This document shows positions 17,917-25,802 of a stretch of DNA of 64,000 bases, in pieces. The stretch is from a virus, in the IMG/VR virus record IMGVR_UViG_3300047444_000617, positions 1 through 64,000 of that record, one strand, 5' to 3'. Both the position numbers and the translations under genes were made by a program. Within the stretch, counting starts at the first letter, position 1. Every line of letters begins with the position of its first letter. The notes under the pieces are model-generated. The model saw only the letters and a program-made list of their open reading frames with translations. It did not search any database and was not told the DNA's origin.

Positions 17917-19140
17917 TCAGAGCCAGACGCGGTACTCGGAGGTGACGCGTCCCTTGTCCGGGTTGACGAAGTGCAGACGCTGGGAAGGGTCGCCGGTGGC
18001 AGCCACGAACTCGTGGGCGTAGATGTTGTCCGACTCCGGGCTGCCGGTCATGAAGACGGAACCACCGTTGGCCAACTGCAGTTGCATGGCCTGGTGGTAG
18101 TGGCCGATGTACAGATCGCGGAATTCGGGGAGCACGCCGGAGGCCCACTGGTTGGCCTTGCGCAGGATGCCGTACGCGGGGATGTTGCCGCCGAAGGACT
18201 TGATCTCGTCGCCGTGGATGGCCATCGCCTTGTAGTTGCCGATGGTGAAGTGCTGGTACCAGTCGCCGGAGGTCTGGAACTTCGTCAGCCGGGGCTCGTC
18301 GGCCAGCCGCTCGCGCACGATGTTGTAGACCATGCGGTCGACGTTGTCGGAGGCCTTGATGCCGTCGCCCTTACGTCCGAGGCGGCCGTGGTTGCCGTAC
18401 TCGGCGACGACCTCGACCTCCTCGTACATCGCAAGGGCCCGACGGATGGTGTACAGCATCAGGTCGGCGACGTCGAACATCTGCTCGTAGAGCGTGCCGT
18501 CGAGTTCCCACACCTGGCCGGGGAAGATGGACACGCCCTCGACCATGTCACCGGTGAACAGCAGGACAGCCTTGTCGACAGGGTGGTCGGCGCGCTGGAT
18601 CTCGGTGATCGAGTGCGCCTTGTCGATGTACTTCTCCACCCGGCGCCGCATGATCTGCCGGTCGTAGGTCTCGGTCTGCTTACCGCCCTGCCAGTCCGTC
18701 AGGTGCCACAGGGCAACCTCAGAGTTCTTGGGTCGGTCGAGCAGTACCGGAGGCCCCTCGTAGGGGGTCTCGCCGACATAGCGGGCCGCATCGGTGGCCG
18801 CGCGGTAGACGGCGTCGATGTACTCGTCGCCCCGCGCCTTGGCCTTCTTGTAGGCGGTGAACAAGCGGCGGTTGTCGGCCTCCAGGGCGGCGATGCGCTC
18901 CTGGGGGTCGTCGTCCTGGCCGTCGGCCACTGCCTCACGCTCGCCCTCTTCGGGCTGGGTATGAAGCGGCTGGACCCTCTTGTCCCACCCGTTGGCGTTG
19001 CGCCAGCGGCGGACGGAGGTCTCGGTGGTGGTCACACCGAGGCGGACCAGTTCGGAGGCCGCCAGGGAGTGGGGAGCGAATCCCATCAGGATCTCGCGCA
19101 CCCAATCCTTGTTCGCGGCTACCTCGGGGAGTGTGGTCAA
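17917..19140 (-). CDS. Calcineurin-like metallophosphoesterase with N-terminal HTH/coiled coil
   Basis: TDWQ, GDMVEG, GNHG, HGD, GHYH motifs; TTG start after GAGGAA; promoter TTGCGC-N18-TAGCGT at 19200-19229. Confidence 0.8.
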   Translation of the reverse strand: MTTLPEVAANKDWVREILMGFAPHSLAASELVRLGVTTTETSVRRWRNANGWDKRVQPLHTQPEEGEREAVADGQDDDPQERIAALEADNRRLFTAYKKAKARGDEYIDAVYRAATDAARYVGETPYEGPPVLLDRPKNSEVALWHLTDWQGGKQTETYDRQIMRRRVEKYIDKAHSITEIQRADHPVDKAVLLFTGDMVEGVSIFPGQVWELDGTLYEQMFDVADLMLYTIRRALAMYEEVEVVAEYGNHGRLGRKGDGIKASDNVDRMVYNIVRERLADEPRLTKFQTSGDWYQHFTIGNYKAMAIHGDEIKSFGGNIPAYGILRKANQWASGVLPEFRDLYIGHYHQAMQLQLANGGSVFMTGSPESDNIYAHEFVAATGDPSQRLHFVNPDKGRVTSEYRVWL

Positions 19141-19346
19141 GGGGTGTTCCTCTCGGGTGGGGCTGTGACAGGCAGGCCGTCTCCGGCCCGACCTTGGGTA
19201 CGCTATCAGGGTTACCGTATCTTGCGCAACCCTCACTTCTGTAGTGAGATACCGTCACCCCAGGAGTGAGGACGGACAATACGGCTACCGTATCAGGGAT
19301 AGCTACACTGGTTACTGGATCCGATCCAATACCAAGGAGTTACCCC

Positions 19347-19775
19347 ATGAGTGGTCTCGGTGGCGGCACGTTCGTGCTCACCAACGCCGACCTGGCGAAC
19401 GCGCTGCCCATCCCGGCGGCTGCGGAACTGGTCGCGGTATACGTCAACCTGGGCACGGCGGGCTCGACCGCGTCCACGGTGCAGGTCAACAAGAACGGTT
19501 CGGCCGTCTCCGGCGCCCTGGTCACCCTCGCGGCTGCCGCGACCAAGGGCAACAAGACCGTCACCAACCCGTACGTCGGCGTCAACGCTGCGGCCGGTGC
19601 CTGGACCGACCAGCCGGTGGGCGGTGTCGTGGCTCCGTACCCGAACTCGACCGGCGGCGTGAACAACGTCGCGGCGCTCGGCACCTACGCGGCCGGTGAC
19701 ACGGTCTCGCTGTCGACCGCGCTCGGCACCTCGGCGGCCAACCCCGGCATCGTCCTGGTCTTCAACACCCTCTGA
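19347..19775 (+). CDS. Ala/Gly/Val/Thr-rich beta protein (possible virion decoration)
   Basis: AAGGAG RBS, very strong GC3 bias, terminator-like hairpin 19786-19825. Confidence 0.7.
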   Translation: MSGLGGGTFVLTNADLANALPIPAAAELVAVYVNLGTAGSTASTVQVNKNGSAVSGALVTLAAAATKGNKTVTNPYVGVNAAAGAWTDQPVGGVVAPYPNSTGGVNNVAALGTYAAGDTVSLSTALGTSAANPGIVLVFNTL

Positions 19776-19847
19776 TCCCCATAGCAAAGCCCCCGGATCA
19801 CCTGATCGGTGGTTCGGGGGCTTTGTGCTACCTACGGAGCGCACGAG

Positions 19848-20165
19848 ATGTACTGGTCCTGCGACCACTGCAACCACTGGGGCAGCGCCGAGACCGAGGT
19901 GGAGGCGGCCGTGGAGCGGATCAACCACACCGCCACACACCGCGAGGCCGCCGAGGTCCTGGACGTAGAGACGACAGAGCCCCAGCAGGAGTCCGTGGAT
20001 TCCGAGGACACTGTCCTGGACGCCAAATACCTGGCTTGGGGTATCACGGCTCTGCTGGGGCTACTGTCTGCTCACTGGCCGGTGCTGTCGGGGGTGGTCC
20101 CCTTCGCAGCACTGCTGGCATGGATCCTCACCCACAAGAGTTCAGGCGAGGACGACTACGAGTAG
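19848..20165 (+). CDS. Zn-ribbon membrane protein
   Basis: CDHC...H motif plus two C-terminal TM helices. Confidence 0.55.
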   Translation: MYWSCDHCNHWGSAETEVEAAVERINHTATHREAAEVLDVETTEPQQESVDSEDTVLDAKYLAWGITALLGLLSAHWPVLSGVVPFAALLAWILTHKSSGEDDYE

Positions 20166-20246
20166 ATTTCCGGTTGTTCACGCAACACCGGAAAATGCGG
20201 GCGGGATGAGTTTAGACGAAGGTCTACAACCGCCATTTAGACCTTG

Positions 20247-20319
20247 CTCCCCGACCTGGGTTCGAACCAGGAACCTACGGATTAACAGTCCGTTGCTCTG
20301 CCAGTTGAGCTATCGGGGA
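20247..20319 (-). tRNA. tRNA-Asn(GTT)
   Basis: TCCCCGATAGCTCAACTGGCAGAGCAACGGACTGTTAATCCGTAGGTTCCTGGTTCGAACCCAGGTCGGGGAG cloverleaf. Confidence 0.95.
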
Positions 20320-20324
20320 TTGCG

Positions 20325-20405
20325 TACCCAAGGTGGGACTTGAACCCACACGCCTTTCGGCGCCGCTTTTGAGGCGGCTGACTGTGCCAATTCGTCTACT
20401 CGGGC
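20325..20405 (-). tRNA. tRNA-Leu(CAA)
   Basis: Anticodon arm GCCGC-CTCAAAA-GCGGC, long variable arm, GGTTCAAGTCC T arm. Confidence 0.9.
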
Positions 20406-20466
20406 GGGGCCGCGCGAACCCCTCGGTCGGATCGGGTCGATCCGCGCGGCGTTTCCTTCGTGAATC

Positions 20467-21129
20467 CTACTTCACCGTGTAGCGCCCGTAGTAAACGGAG
20501 TGGGTCCAGGGCTTGTAGAGGTTGACTCCCCTGCCCGGCTTTTCTGCCTCAAGCCAGGTGTGGGAATTGACGTAGATCCCGACGTGGTAGACGTACCCAC
20601 GCGCGTCGTGGACGAAGAAGAGGTCCCCGGGCTGCGGGGTCCTCACGTGCTGGCTGTGCCGGTACTGGTCCTCGGCGACGCGGGAGACGGACTTCCCCAG
20701 ACGCGCGAGCGTGTACTGGGTGAATCCCGAGCAGTCGAAGCCCCTGGACGGCGAGGTGCCGCCCCACACATAGCGAACGCCCCGGTAGGCCTCGCCCCTG
20801 GCCACGATCTTCTGGCCGGAGGTCTGCCTGTGCTTGGGCTTGGTGACCGGCTTGTGCTTGGTTACCGGCTTGGGCACGGTCTTGGTCGGGGCGGAGCGGG
20901 TTATGTAGATCCGCTCGCCCGGGTAGATGCGGTTGGGGTTGGCCAGGTGGTTGAGGGCAGCCAGGTGCTGCCAGGAGGTGTGGTGCCTGTAGGCGATGCC
21001 ACCGAGGGTGTCCTCGGCGTGAACGGTGACGTACGTGGACTGGGGTACTTGCGCCTGCGCGCTGGACGTCGCGAGCGGGGAAAGCACCAGTGTTGCGGCG
21101 ATCAGAAGTCCGGTGATCGTCTTCTTCAT
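20467..21129 (-). CDS. Secreted LysM-NlpC/P60 peptidoglycan endopeptidase
   Basis: Signal peptide, LysM (DTLGGIA...NRIYPGERI), YVWGG...FDCSG...HVGIY. Confidence 0.92.
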   Translation of the reverse strand: MKKTITGLLIAATLVLSPLATSSAQAQVPQSTYVTVHAEDTLGGIAYRHHTSWQHLAALNHLANPNRIYPGERIYITRSAPTKTVPKPVTKHKPVTKPKHRQTSGQKIVARGEAYRGVRYVWGGTSPSRGFDCSGFTQYTLARLGKSVSRVAEDQYRHSQHVRTPQPGDLFFVHDARGYVYHVGIYVNSHTWLEAEKPGRGVNLYKPWTHSVYYGRYTVK

Positions 21130-21140
21130 AACAGCACTCC

Positions 21141-21290
21141 GTACGCCTGCGAGATTAGGTGACGGACTCGGGATAAGTGCCTTTCCCTACCACAAATGAG
21201 ATTGCGGATTCGCCCCAGTGAAGCGTTTCGGTCTCCCGCCCCTGTTCAGAGGTTGAGTACAGTGTTCGTCCAGGAACAGGGTTAAGCGTC
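21141..21290 (-). ncRNA. c-di-AMP (ydaO/yuaA) riboswitch
   Basis: CGCTTAACC...GGGGCGGGAGACC...TGGGGCGAATC...GTAGGG...CCCGAGTCCGTCACCTAATCTCGCAGGCG follows the ydaO consensus order; directly upstream of a cell-wall hydrolase RBS. Confidence 0.85.
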
Positions 21291-21299
21291 TGGACAAAG

Positions 21300-21372
21300 T
21301 GGCCCCCTCTGGAATCGCACCAGAATCTCCCGCTTTTCAGGCGGGCGCATTAACTGCCTCTGCCAAAGGGCC
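21300..21372 (-). tRNA. tRNA-Phe(GAA), atypical D arm and T loop
   Basis: GGCCCTT/GGGGGCC acceptor, CCCGC-CTGAAAA-GCGGG, T loop TGCGATT. Confidence 0.8.
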
Positions 21373-21377
21373 GTGAG

Positions 21378-21451
21378 TCTGGACGGCAGGATTTGAACCT
21401 GCGACCCCCTGAATCCAAATCAGGCGCGCTACCAGGCTGCGCTACGTCCAG
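21378..21451 (-). tRNA. tRNA-Pro(TGG)
   Basis: CTGGACG/CGTCCAG acceptor, CCTGA-TTTGGAT-TCAGG, GGTTCAAATCC. Confidence 0.92.
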
Positions 21452-21540
21452 AAGTTGTTGCTCGAACTCTGTTCAGGTGTGAAGGAACGATCCGTCCGGC
21501 GCTCCGGCCTCTCGGCTGGCGCCCCGTCGGCGTGATATTG

Positions 21541-21571
21541 ACGTTACCGTATCCCTAGGTGCCCTTGTCAA
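21541..21571 (-). promoter_or_regulatory. Probable promoter of the tRNA array
   Basis: TTGACA-N19-TAACGT with GATACGGTAAC box; spacer is long. Confidence 0.5.
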
Positions 21572-21882
21572 GCAAATCTGCGGATCGCTTGCAAGGGGGA
21601 TGCTGGGTTCCCCGCCCGGGACTTACGCGCAGACGCACTCAGATGGCGTCGGCAGCCCTGTCAGGCGGCGGGGAACGGGAAGCGGCCGAGGCGAGGCGCC
21701 TTCGAGGCCGGGTTGACGTGCGCGGGCATGCTGGCGGCCGGGGTAGACCCGGTGCCCTGCCGTCGCTCGCTCGTCGTCTTCATAGATCTTTTGTACCGTA
21801 TCGGGGATACGGGTTTGTAATGGCGGCCACTGCCTGGATCCCTCGGGCTCGCGGCGGGGTAGGACACTGTTCCAGGGCAGCG

Positions 21883-21918
21883 AAAAGGGGCCGGGGGATG
21901 TTCTCCCTCGGCCCCTTG
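21883..21918 (-). terminator. Intrinsic terminator after lsr2
   Basis: AAGGGGCCG...CGGCCCCTT hairpin with U-tract on minus strand. Confidence 0.7.
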
Positions 21919-21930
21919 AGTGGGTGATCT

Positions 21931-22296
21931 TTAGCTGTGCGCCTGCTCGTACTCGCGCAGGATGTCCTCGGGGAGACGTCCCCGGGCGGGCACCTCGCGG
22001 CCCTCGCTGGCCAGCCACTCACGCACGTCCTTGGTGGTGAAGGGCTTACCCCCACGCCCCTGAAGGGCCTTGCGAACATGAGTACCGGTGCGCATCTGGG
22101 CATCGCTGGCAACGTCCAGATACGGCTGCAGAGACTTGGTCAGGGTCTCCTGGTGCTCTGCGCACAGGTCAATCCCGTAGCGCGTGGTGCCGAAGGTGAC
22201 GTATGTCGGCTGGTCGTCAGGAACAGGCTGTCCGCAAGCTACTTTGTCGCGCCTGCGTGTCACCTTCAGGTCGCAGAACTTGCTTACCTTGTCCAT
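21931..22296 (-). CDS. lsr2: Lsr2-like nucleoid-associated protein
   Basis: YGIDLC N-domain and VREWLASEGREVPARGRLP DNA-binding motif. Confidence 0.85.
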   Translation of the reverse strand: MDKVSKFCDLKVTRRRDKVACGQPVPDDQPTYVTFGTTRYGIDLCAEHQETLTKSLQPYLDVASDAQMRTGTHVRKALQGRGGKPFTTKDVREWLASEGREVPARGRLPEDILREYEQAHS

Positions 22297-22421
22297 GATC
22301 CTCCTTAGCACCCAACGGTGTGGGGCCGTCCGGCGTGCTTCCAACGACATCCTCATACTGCAAGTACGTTACCGATTCTGTCAAGCAATTCTGAGGTGTC
22401 TGTTACGCCACGTGAGATGGA

Positions 22422-22916
22422 TCACGGAGTGTGACGCTCGGTGCTGCGTGCGTACCAGTCCACCTGCTTCGGACGGACCACATCGCTGAACACCGACGCA
22501 TCGGTGTTCGTCTCTGGAGTTACGACGTGGGAACTTGTGTGGCTGTCCTCCACCGCCCTCGCGCCAAGCACGCCCGCCAGTAGCGGCGTTGCTACCACGG
22601 CCGCGATGCCGACGATCATGCGCTGGAGGGCCATTGTGCGCTTGCGGCGGTGACTCGCGGGTCTCTGGGGTACCTGCAGCGGGTGCTTGGCGGGCTCCTC
22701 GGGGAACCAGAAGCCGAACTCCTGCCGGTCCTCGATCCAGCCGAAGATCAGCTCCCCGGCCTCTACCATCACCAGCAGCTCGTGCTCGATCTCTGCTTCG
22801 GTGATGTCGTGCTGCTCTTCGCGCTCGGGCTGCATCGCTCCGAATCGGGCCCGCAACTCACGGACGTCCGTCTCCCCCGTGTCTTCCGCGTCTTCGCGAA
22901 ACAGCCTGTTTGCCAT
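22422..22916 (-). CDS. Single-pass membrane protein
   Basis: GAGGGAGG RBS; basic stretch then TM helix. Confidence 0.6.
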   Translation of the reverse strand: MANRLFREDAEDTGETDVRELRARFGAMQPEREEQHDITEAEIEHELLVMVEAGELIFGWIEDRQEFGFWFPEEPAKHPLQVPQRPASHRRKRTMALQRMIVGIAAVVATPLLAGVLGARAVEDSHTSSHVVTPETNTDASVFSDVVRPKQVDWYARSTERHTP

Positions 22917-23042
22917 GTGCGTGGTACCCCTCCCTCGTTCGGTCCGCTGACCTGGCGGACCGCCTGTGTCATTTGGTACGGCCTGGCGGTGGCGTAAACA
23001 TCGACTACCGCCGGGCTAGTTCTTCGGGTGGCGCGATTCCGC

Positions 23043-23228
23043 CTACCAGGTGGAGTCCATGGTGGTGATCTGAACCGGCTCCTGTACCGCCCAGGTGGAG
23101 TCGGCCACTGTCACGGAGCTGCTGGCGGGGTGGTCGGTGGTCGAGCTGGCAGACGCGGCGCCCACGGCCAGAACGACCGACGCGGCGAGTGTGATGACCG
23201 TGATGGTGATGCGGCGAGTGATCTTCAC
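23043..23228 (-). CDS. 61-aa secreted peptide precursor with two DSTW motifs
   Basis: GTG after GAAGGAAG; MKITRRITITVITLAASVVLAVGAASA|SSTTDHPASSSVTVADSTWAVQEPVQITTMDSTW. Confidence 0.75.
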   Translation of the reverse strand: MKITRRITITVITLAASVVLAVGAASASSTTDHPASSSVTVADSTWAVQEPVQITTMDSTW

Positions 23229-23403
23229 AAGACTTCCTTCATTGGGGAGATGCAGTCGAGAAGCGGATGACAAGTGGTTTCCCCTAGACGCTGGCGTTGT
23301 CTACTGGGGTCCAGTGGTTGATACATTGACCGTCTCCGCACCCCCACAGCAAGCGGAGTGGCCTTCAGAATCACGCACCTTCCGGAATACGCAGGCCCCT
23401 CAC

Positions 23404-24402
23404 ATGTCCCACACACAACCGTCACATCCCTGTAACCACGAGCTTCCACCGCAGGCCAGAGACCTGTACCGCAAGGCACTTCTCCGCCAACAAGTCGACA
23501 TGAGCGCTCCCGGACTCGATCAGGCAGTGCACCTGGGGGTGTTGGTCCCCGACGCCAACGGCGACGGTGGGTTCCGTCCGGCCGAGCCCGGACAGGTCAT
23601 CGCGCGGCTGATCGGCGACGCCACGCACAAGTTGGTGGAGATCAGCGACTTCATCGCCACCCTCCCGGCGATGCGCGAGGCGCTGACAGAAATCTACCGC
23701 GAGACCCGAACACCCGTTCGGTCTGGAGCGGTGGAGCACCTGCACGGCAACGATCTGATCAACGAACGGATCGAGGAGACCATCGGCCAGGCCCAGCAGG
23801 AGCTGATCACCGCTCAGCCCGGCGGGCCTCGAACCAGGCAGGTGCTGGAGAGATCCATCGGCCGCGACTCCGAGGCGCTGGAGCGCGGGGTGAAGATGCG
23901 CACCCTGTACCACGCGACCGCCCGCCACAGCCCCCTCACGCAGGAGTGGGCACGGGTGATGGCGGAGAAGGGCGGCGAGGTCAGGACCCTGGACGCCCCC
24001 TTCCTGCGCCTGATACTCGTCGACCGCAAGTCGGCCTTCATCCAGGACTGCCTGGACCGCGACAGCGACGAGCCGGACAACGCCTGGGCTCACCTGATCA
24101 AGGATCCGGCCGTCTGCGCCTTCCTCGCGGAGATCTTCGACCGGGACTGGAACCGTGCCGACTACTGGCACGGCTCGGAGACGGAGGAGCCTGTGGGTGG
24201 TGTCACCACCAGGATGCAGCGCTCCATCCTCCGGCAACTGTCCTCCGGCCGGACCCAGGAGCAGACGGCCCGCGACCTCGGCCTGAGCACCCGGACACTG
24301 CAAAAGCACCTCACGGCTCTGCGTATGAAGGTGCCTCACCTTCATTCGGTGCCGCAAATGACGTACTGGTGGGCAACGTGCCCGGATCGGGTCCTGGACT
24401 AA
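23404..24402 (+). CDS. TrmB-like sensor domain + LuxR-type HTH regulator
   Basis: RGVKMRTLY...RLILVDRKSAFI central domain; C-terminal ILRQLSSGRTQEQTARDLGLSTRTLQKHL; start uncertain. Confidence 0.85.
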   Translation: MSHTQPSHPCNHELPPQARDLYRKALLRQQVDMSAPGLDQAVHLGVLVPDANGDGGFRPAEPGQVIARLIGDATHKLVEISDFIATLPAMREALTEIYRETRTPVRSGAVEHLHGNDLINERIEETIGQAQQELITAQPGGPRTRQVLERSIGRDSEALERGVKMRTLYHATARHSPLTQEWARVMAEKGGEVRTLDAPFLRLILVDRKSAFIQDCLDRDSDEPDNAWAHLIKDPAVCAFLAEIFDRDWNRADYWHGSETEEPVGGVTTRMQRSILRQLSSGRTQEQTARDLGLSTRTLQKHLTALRMKVPHLHSVPQMTYWWATCPDRVLD

Positions 24403-24406
24403 ACAG

Positions 24407-24449
24407 CGAAAAGCCCCCACCACGGATTATCCGCAATGGGGGCTTTTCG
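24407..24449. terminator. Bidirectional terminator
   Basis: CGAAAAGCCCCC...GGGGGCTTTTCG. Confidence 0.75.
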
Positions 24450-24457
24450 ATTCAGGT

Positions 24458-25390
24458 CTAGAAGTTGCCGGGCGCTACCTGCAGGCACCGCAGGCCGAGC
24501 AGCCGCCACGCGTCCACGACCTGGTTGCGGTCGTCGAGGACCAGCCAGACGTTGTACTTGCCGAGGATGTCCCGGCGGTAGATCTCCGTCTTCACGATCG
24601 AGTCCTTGCGCGCGTCCATGGTCATGCGGGTCAGCAACGGCGCCGACCTCGTCCAGGACCCGACGTGGATGTCCAGCCACTCCCGCGTAGGTTCGTAGGC
24701 CCGCCGGTCACGGCCGGAGACGAAGATGATCTCCGACCCGGCATCCCGCAGGGTGTTCACGAGGTCGACGATGTCGTGGTGCACGTCGTCCTCGCCGACG
24801 CGGGCCCAGTCGAACGGGCTGCGGTCGGCCATCTTGGCCAGCGTGCCGTCCAGGTCCACCAGGACCGCGTCCGGAAGGCCCTCCACGTACTCCGGAGCCG
24901 GTGCGGGCTTGGGCGCCAGGTACTGGTCGTACATCTTGCGGATGACGGCCTCTCCGACGCTTCTCGCCCGCTTCAGGTCGCGGTTGATGCAGGTATGAAG
25001 CGGGACGTCGGTGAAGTCCTTCACGACGAACTCGGCGTCGTGCTCCTTGGCCATCGCACGCAGCCGCTGCTCGTGGGCCGGGTTGAAGTTGGTGTCGTCC
25101 ACGATCACCGAGACACCCTTGGACAGGTACCCGGCCGCCAGGAAGTCACGGGCCTGGACAGTGCGTCGCTCGTTGGGCCCCTTGAACACGCCGTCGTTCA
25201 GCATCGCCCGCAGGTCGTCCTTGTTGACGCGCACCATGGTGCCCGGCTGGGCCTTGCGGACGGTCTCCTTGGCCCAGGTGGACTTACCCGAGCCCGGCAG
25301 GCCCTTGGTCATCGTCAGCGTCTTCACGGGCTTCTCCGGGGGAGGTGTGGGCTTGGGTCGGCAGCACACGCACTTGACGGTCTCGGTCAT
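24458..25390 (-). CDS. Polynucleotide 5'-kinase/3'-phosphatase (T4 PseT-like)
   Basis: GLPGSGKST, DDLR, DLDGTLA, SGR, DDRNQVV. Confidence 0.93.
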   Translation of the reverse strand: MTETVKCVCCRPKPTPPPEKPVKTLTMTKGLPGSGKSTWAKETVRKAQPGTMVRVNKDDLRAMLNDGVFKGPNERRTVQARDFLAAGYLSKGVSVIVDDTNFNPAHEQRLRAMAKEHDAEFVVKDFTDVPLHTCINRDLKRARSVGEAVIRKMYDQYLAPKPAPAPEYVEGLPDAVLVDLDGTLAKMADRSPFDWARVGEDDVHHDIVDLVNTLRDAGSEIIFVSGRDRRAYEPTREWLDIHVGSWTRSAPLLTRMTMDARKDSIVKTEIYRRDILGKYNVWLVLDDRNQVVDAWRLLGLRCLQVAPGNF

Positions 25391-25566
25391 GCGTTGCCTT
25401 TCAGGTAGGCGTCGTGGACGCGCTTGGTGTACCGGGGCATGATGATCGGGGCGGAGTAGTCCGGTTGCAGGCGCAACTGGCCACCCCCGCGCAACCACAG
25501 GTAGGGCTTGCCGAACAGCACGACTTCGTGCACTCGAAAGGCGGGCCTCCTCATGCGGTGTCCCAT
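25387..25566 (-). CDS. Hypothetical protein
   Basis: Coupled overlap with neighbours. Confidence 0.45.
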   Translation of the reverse strand: MGHRMRRPAFRVHEVVLFGKPYLWLRGGGQLRLQPDYSAPIIMPRYTKRVHDAYLKGNA

Positions 25567-25802
25567 CAGGTGATCACCGGCTCTAGCCGGAAGATCCGGC
25601 TGGGCGGGAGTAGAACTTCGTCTCCCTCCTTCGGCCGGAATCCTCCAGAGCCGTGGCGAAGGCGCACCCTGGCCGACCCGGTGGGAGTGATCCTCTCGAC
25701 GAAGCCCCACACGGTGTCCGGATACCTGCCGAACACCGCTCCGCCTACGGTGTCTCCGACCCGCACGATCCGTCCCACAGCGTCCTTGGTTTCGGTCCGC
25801 AT
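25566..25802 (-). CDS. Hypothetical SH3-like protein
   Basis: DAVGRIVRVGDTV pattern. Confidence 0.5.
   Translation of the reverse strand: MRTETKDAVGRIVRVGDTVGGAVFGRYPDTVWGFVERITPTGSARVRLRHGSGGFRPKEGDEVLLPPSRIFRLEPVIT

Noticed and set aside
20325-20405. bldA-like tRNA-Leu(TAA)
   Set aside because: The anticodon reads CAA (TTG codons), not TAA.
21661-21783. tmRNA, suggested by a short ORF ending in ...FPAA* near the tRNAs
   Set aside because: No tRNA-Ala-like acceptor/T-arm ends were found around it.
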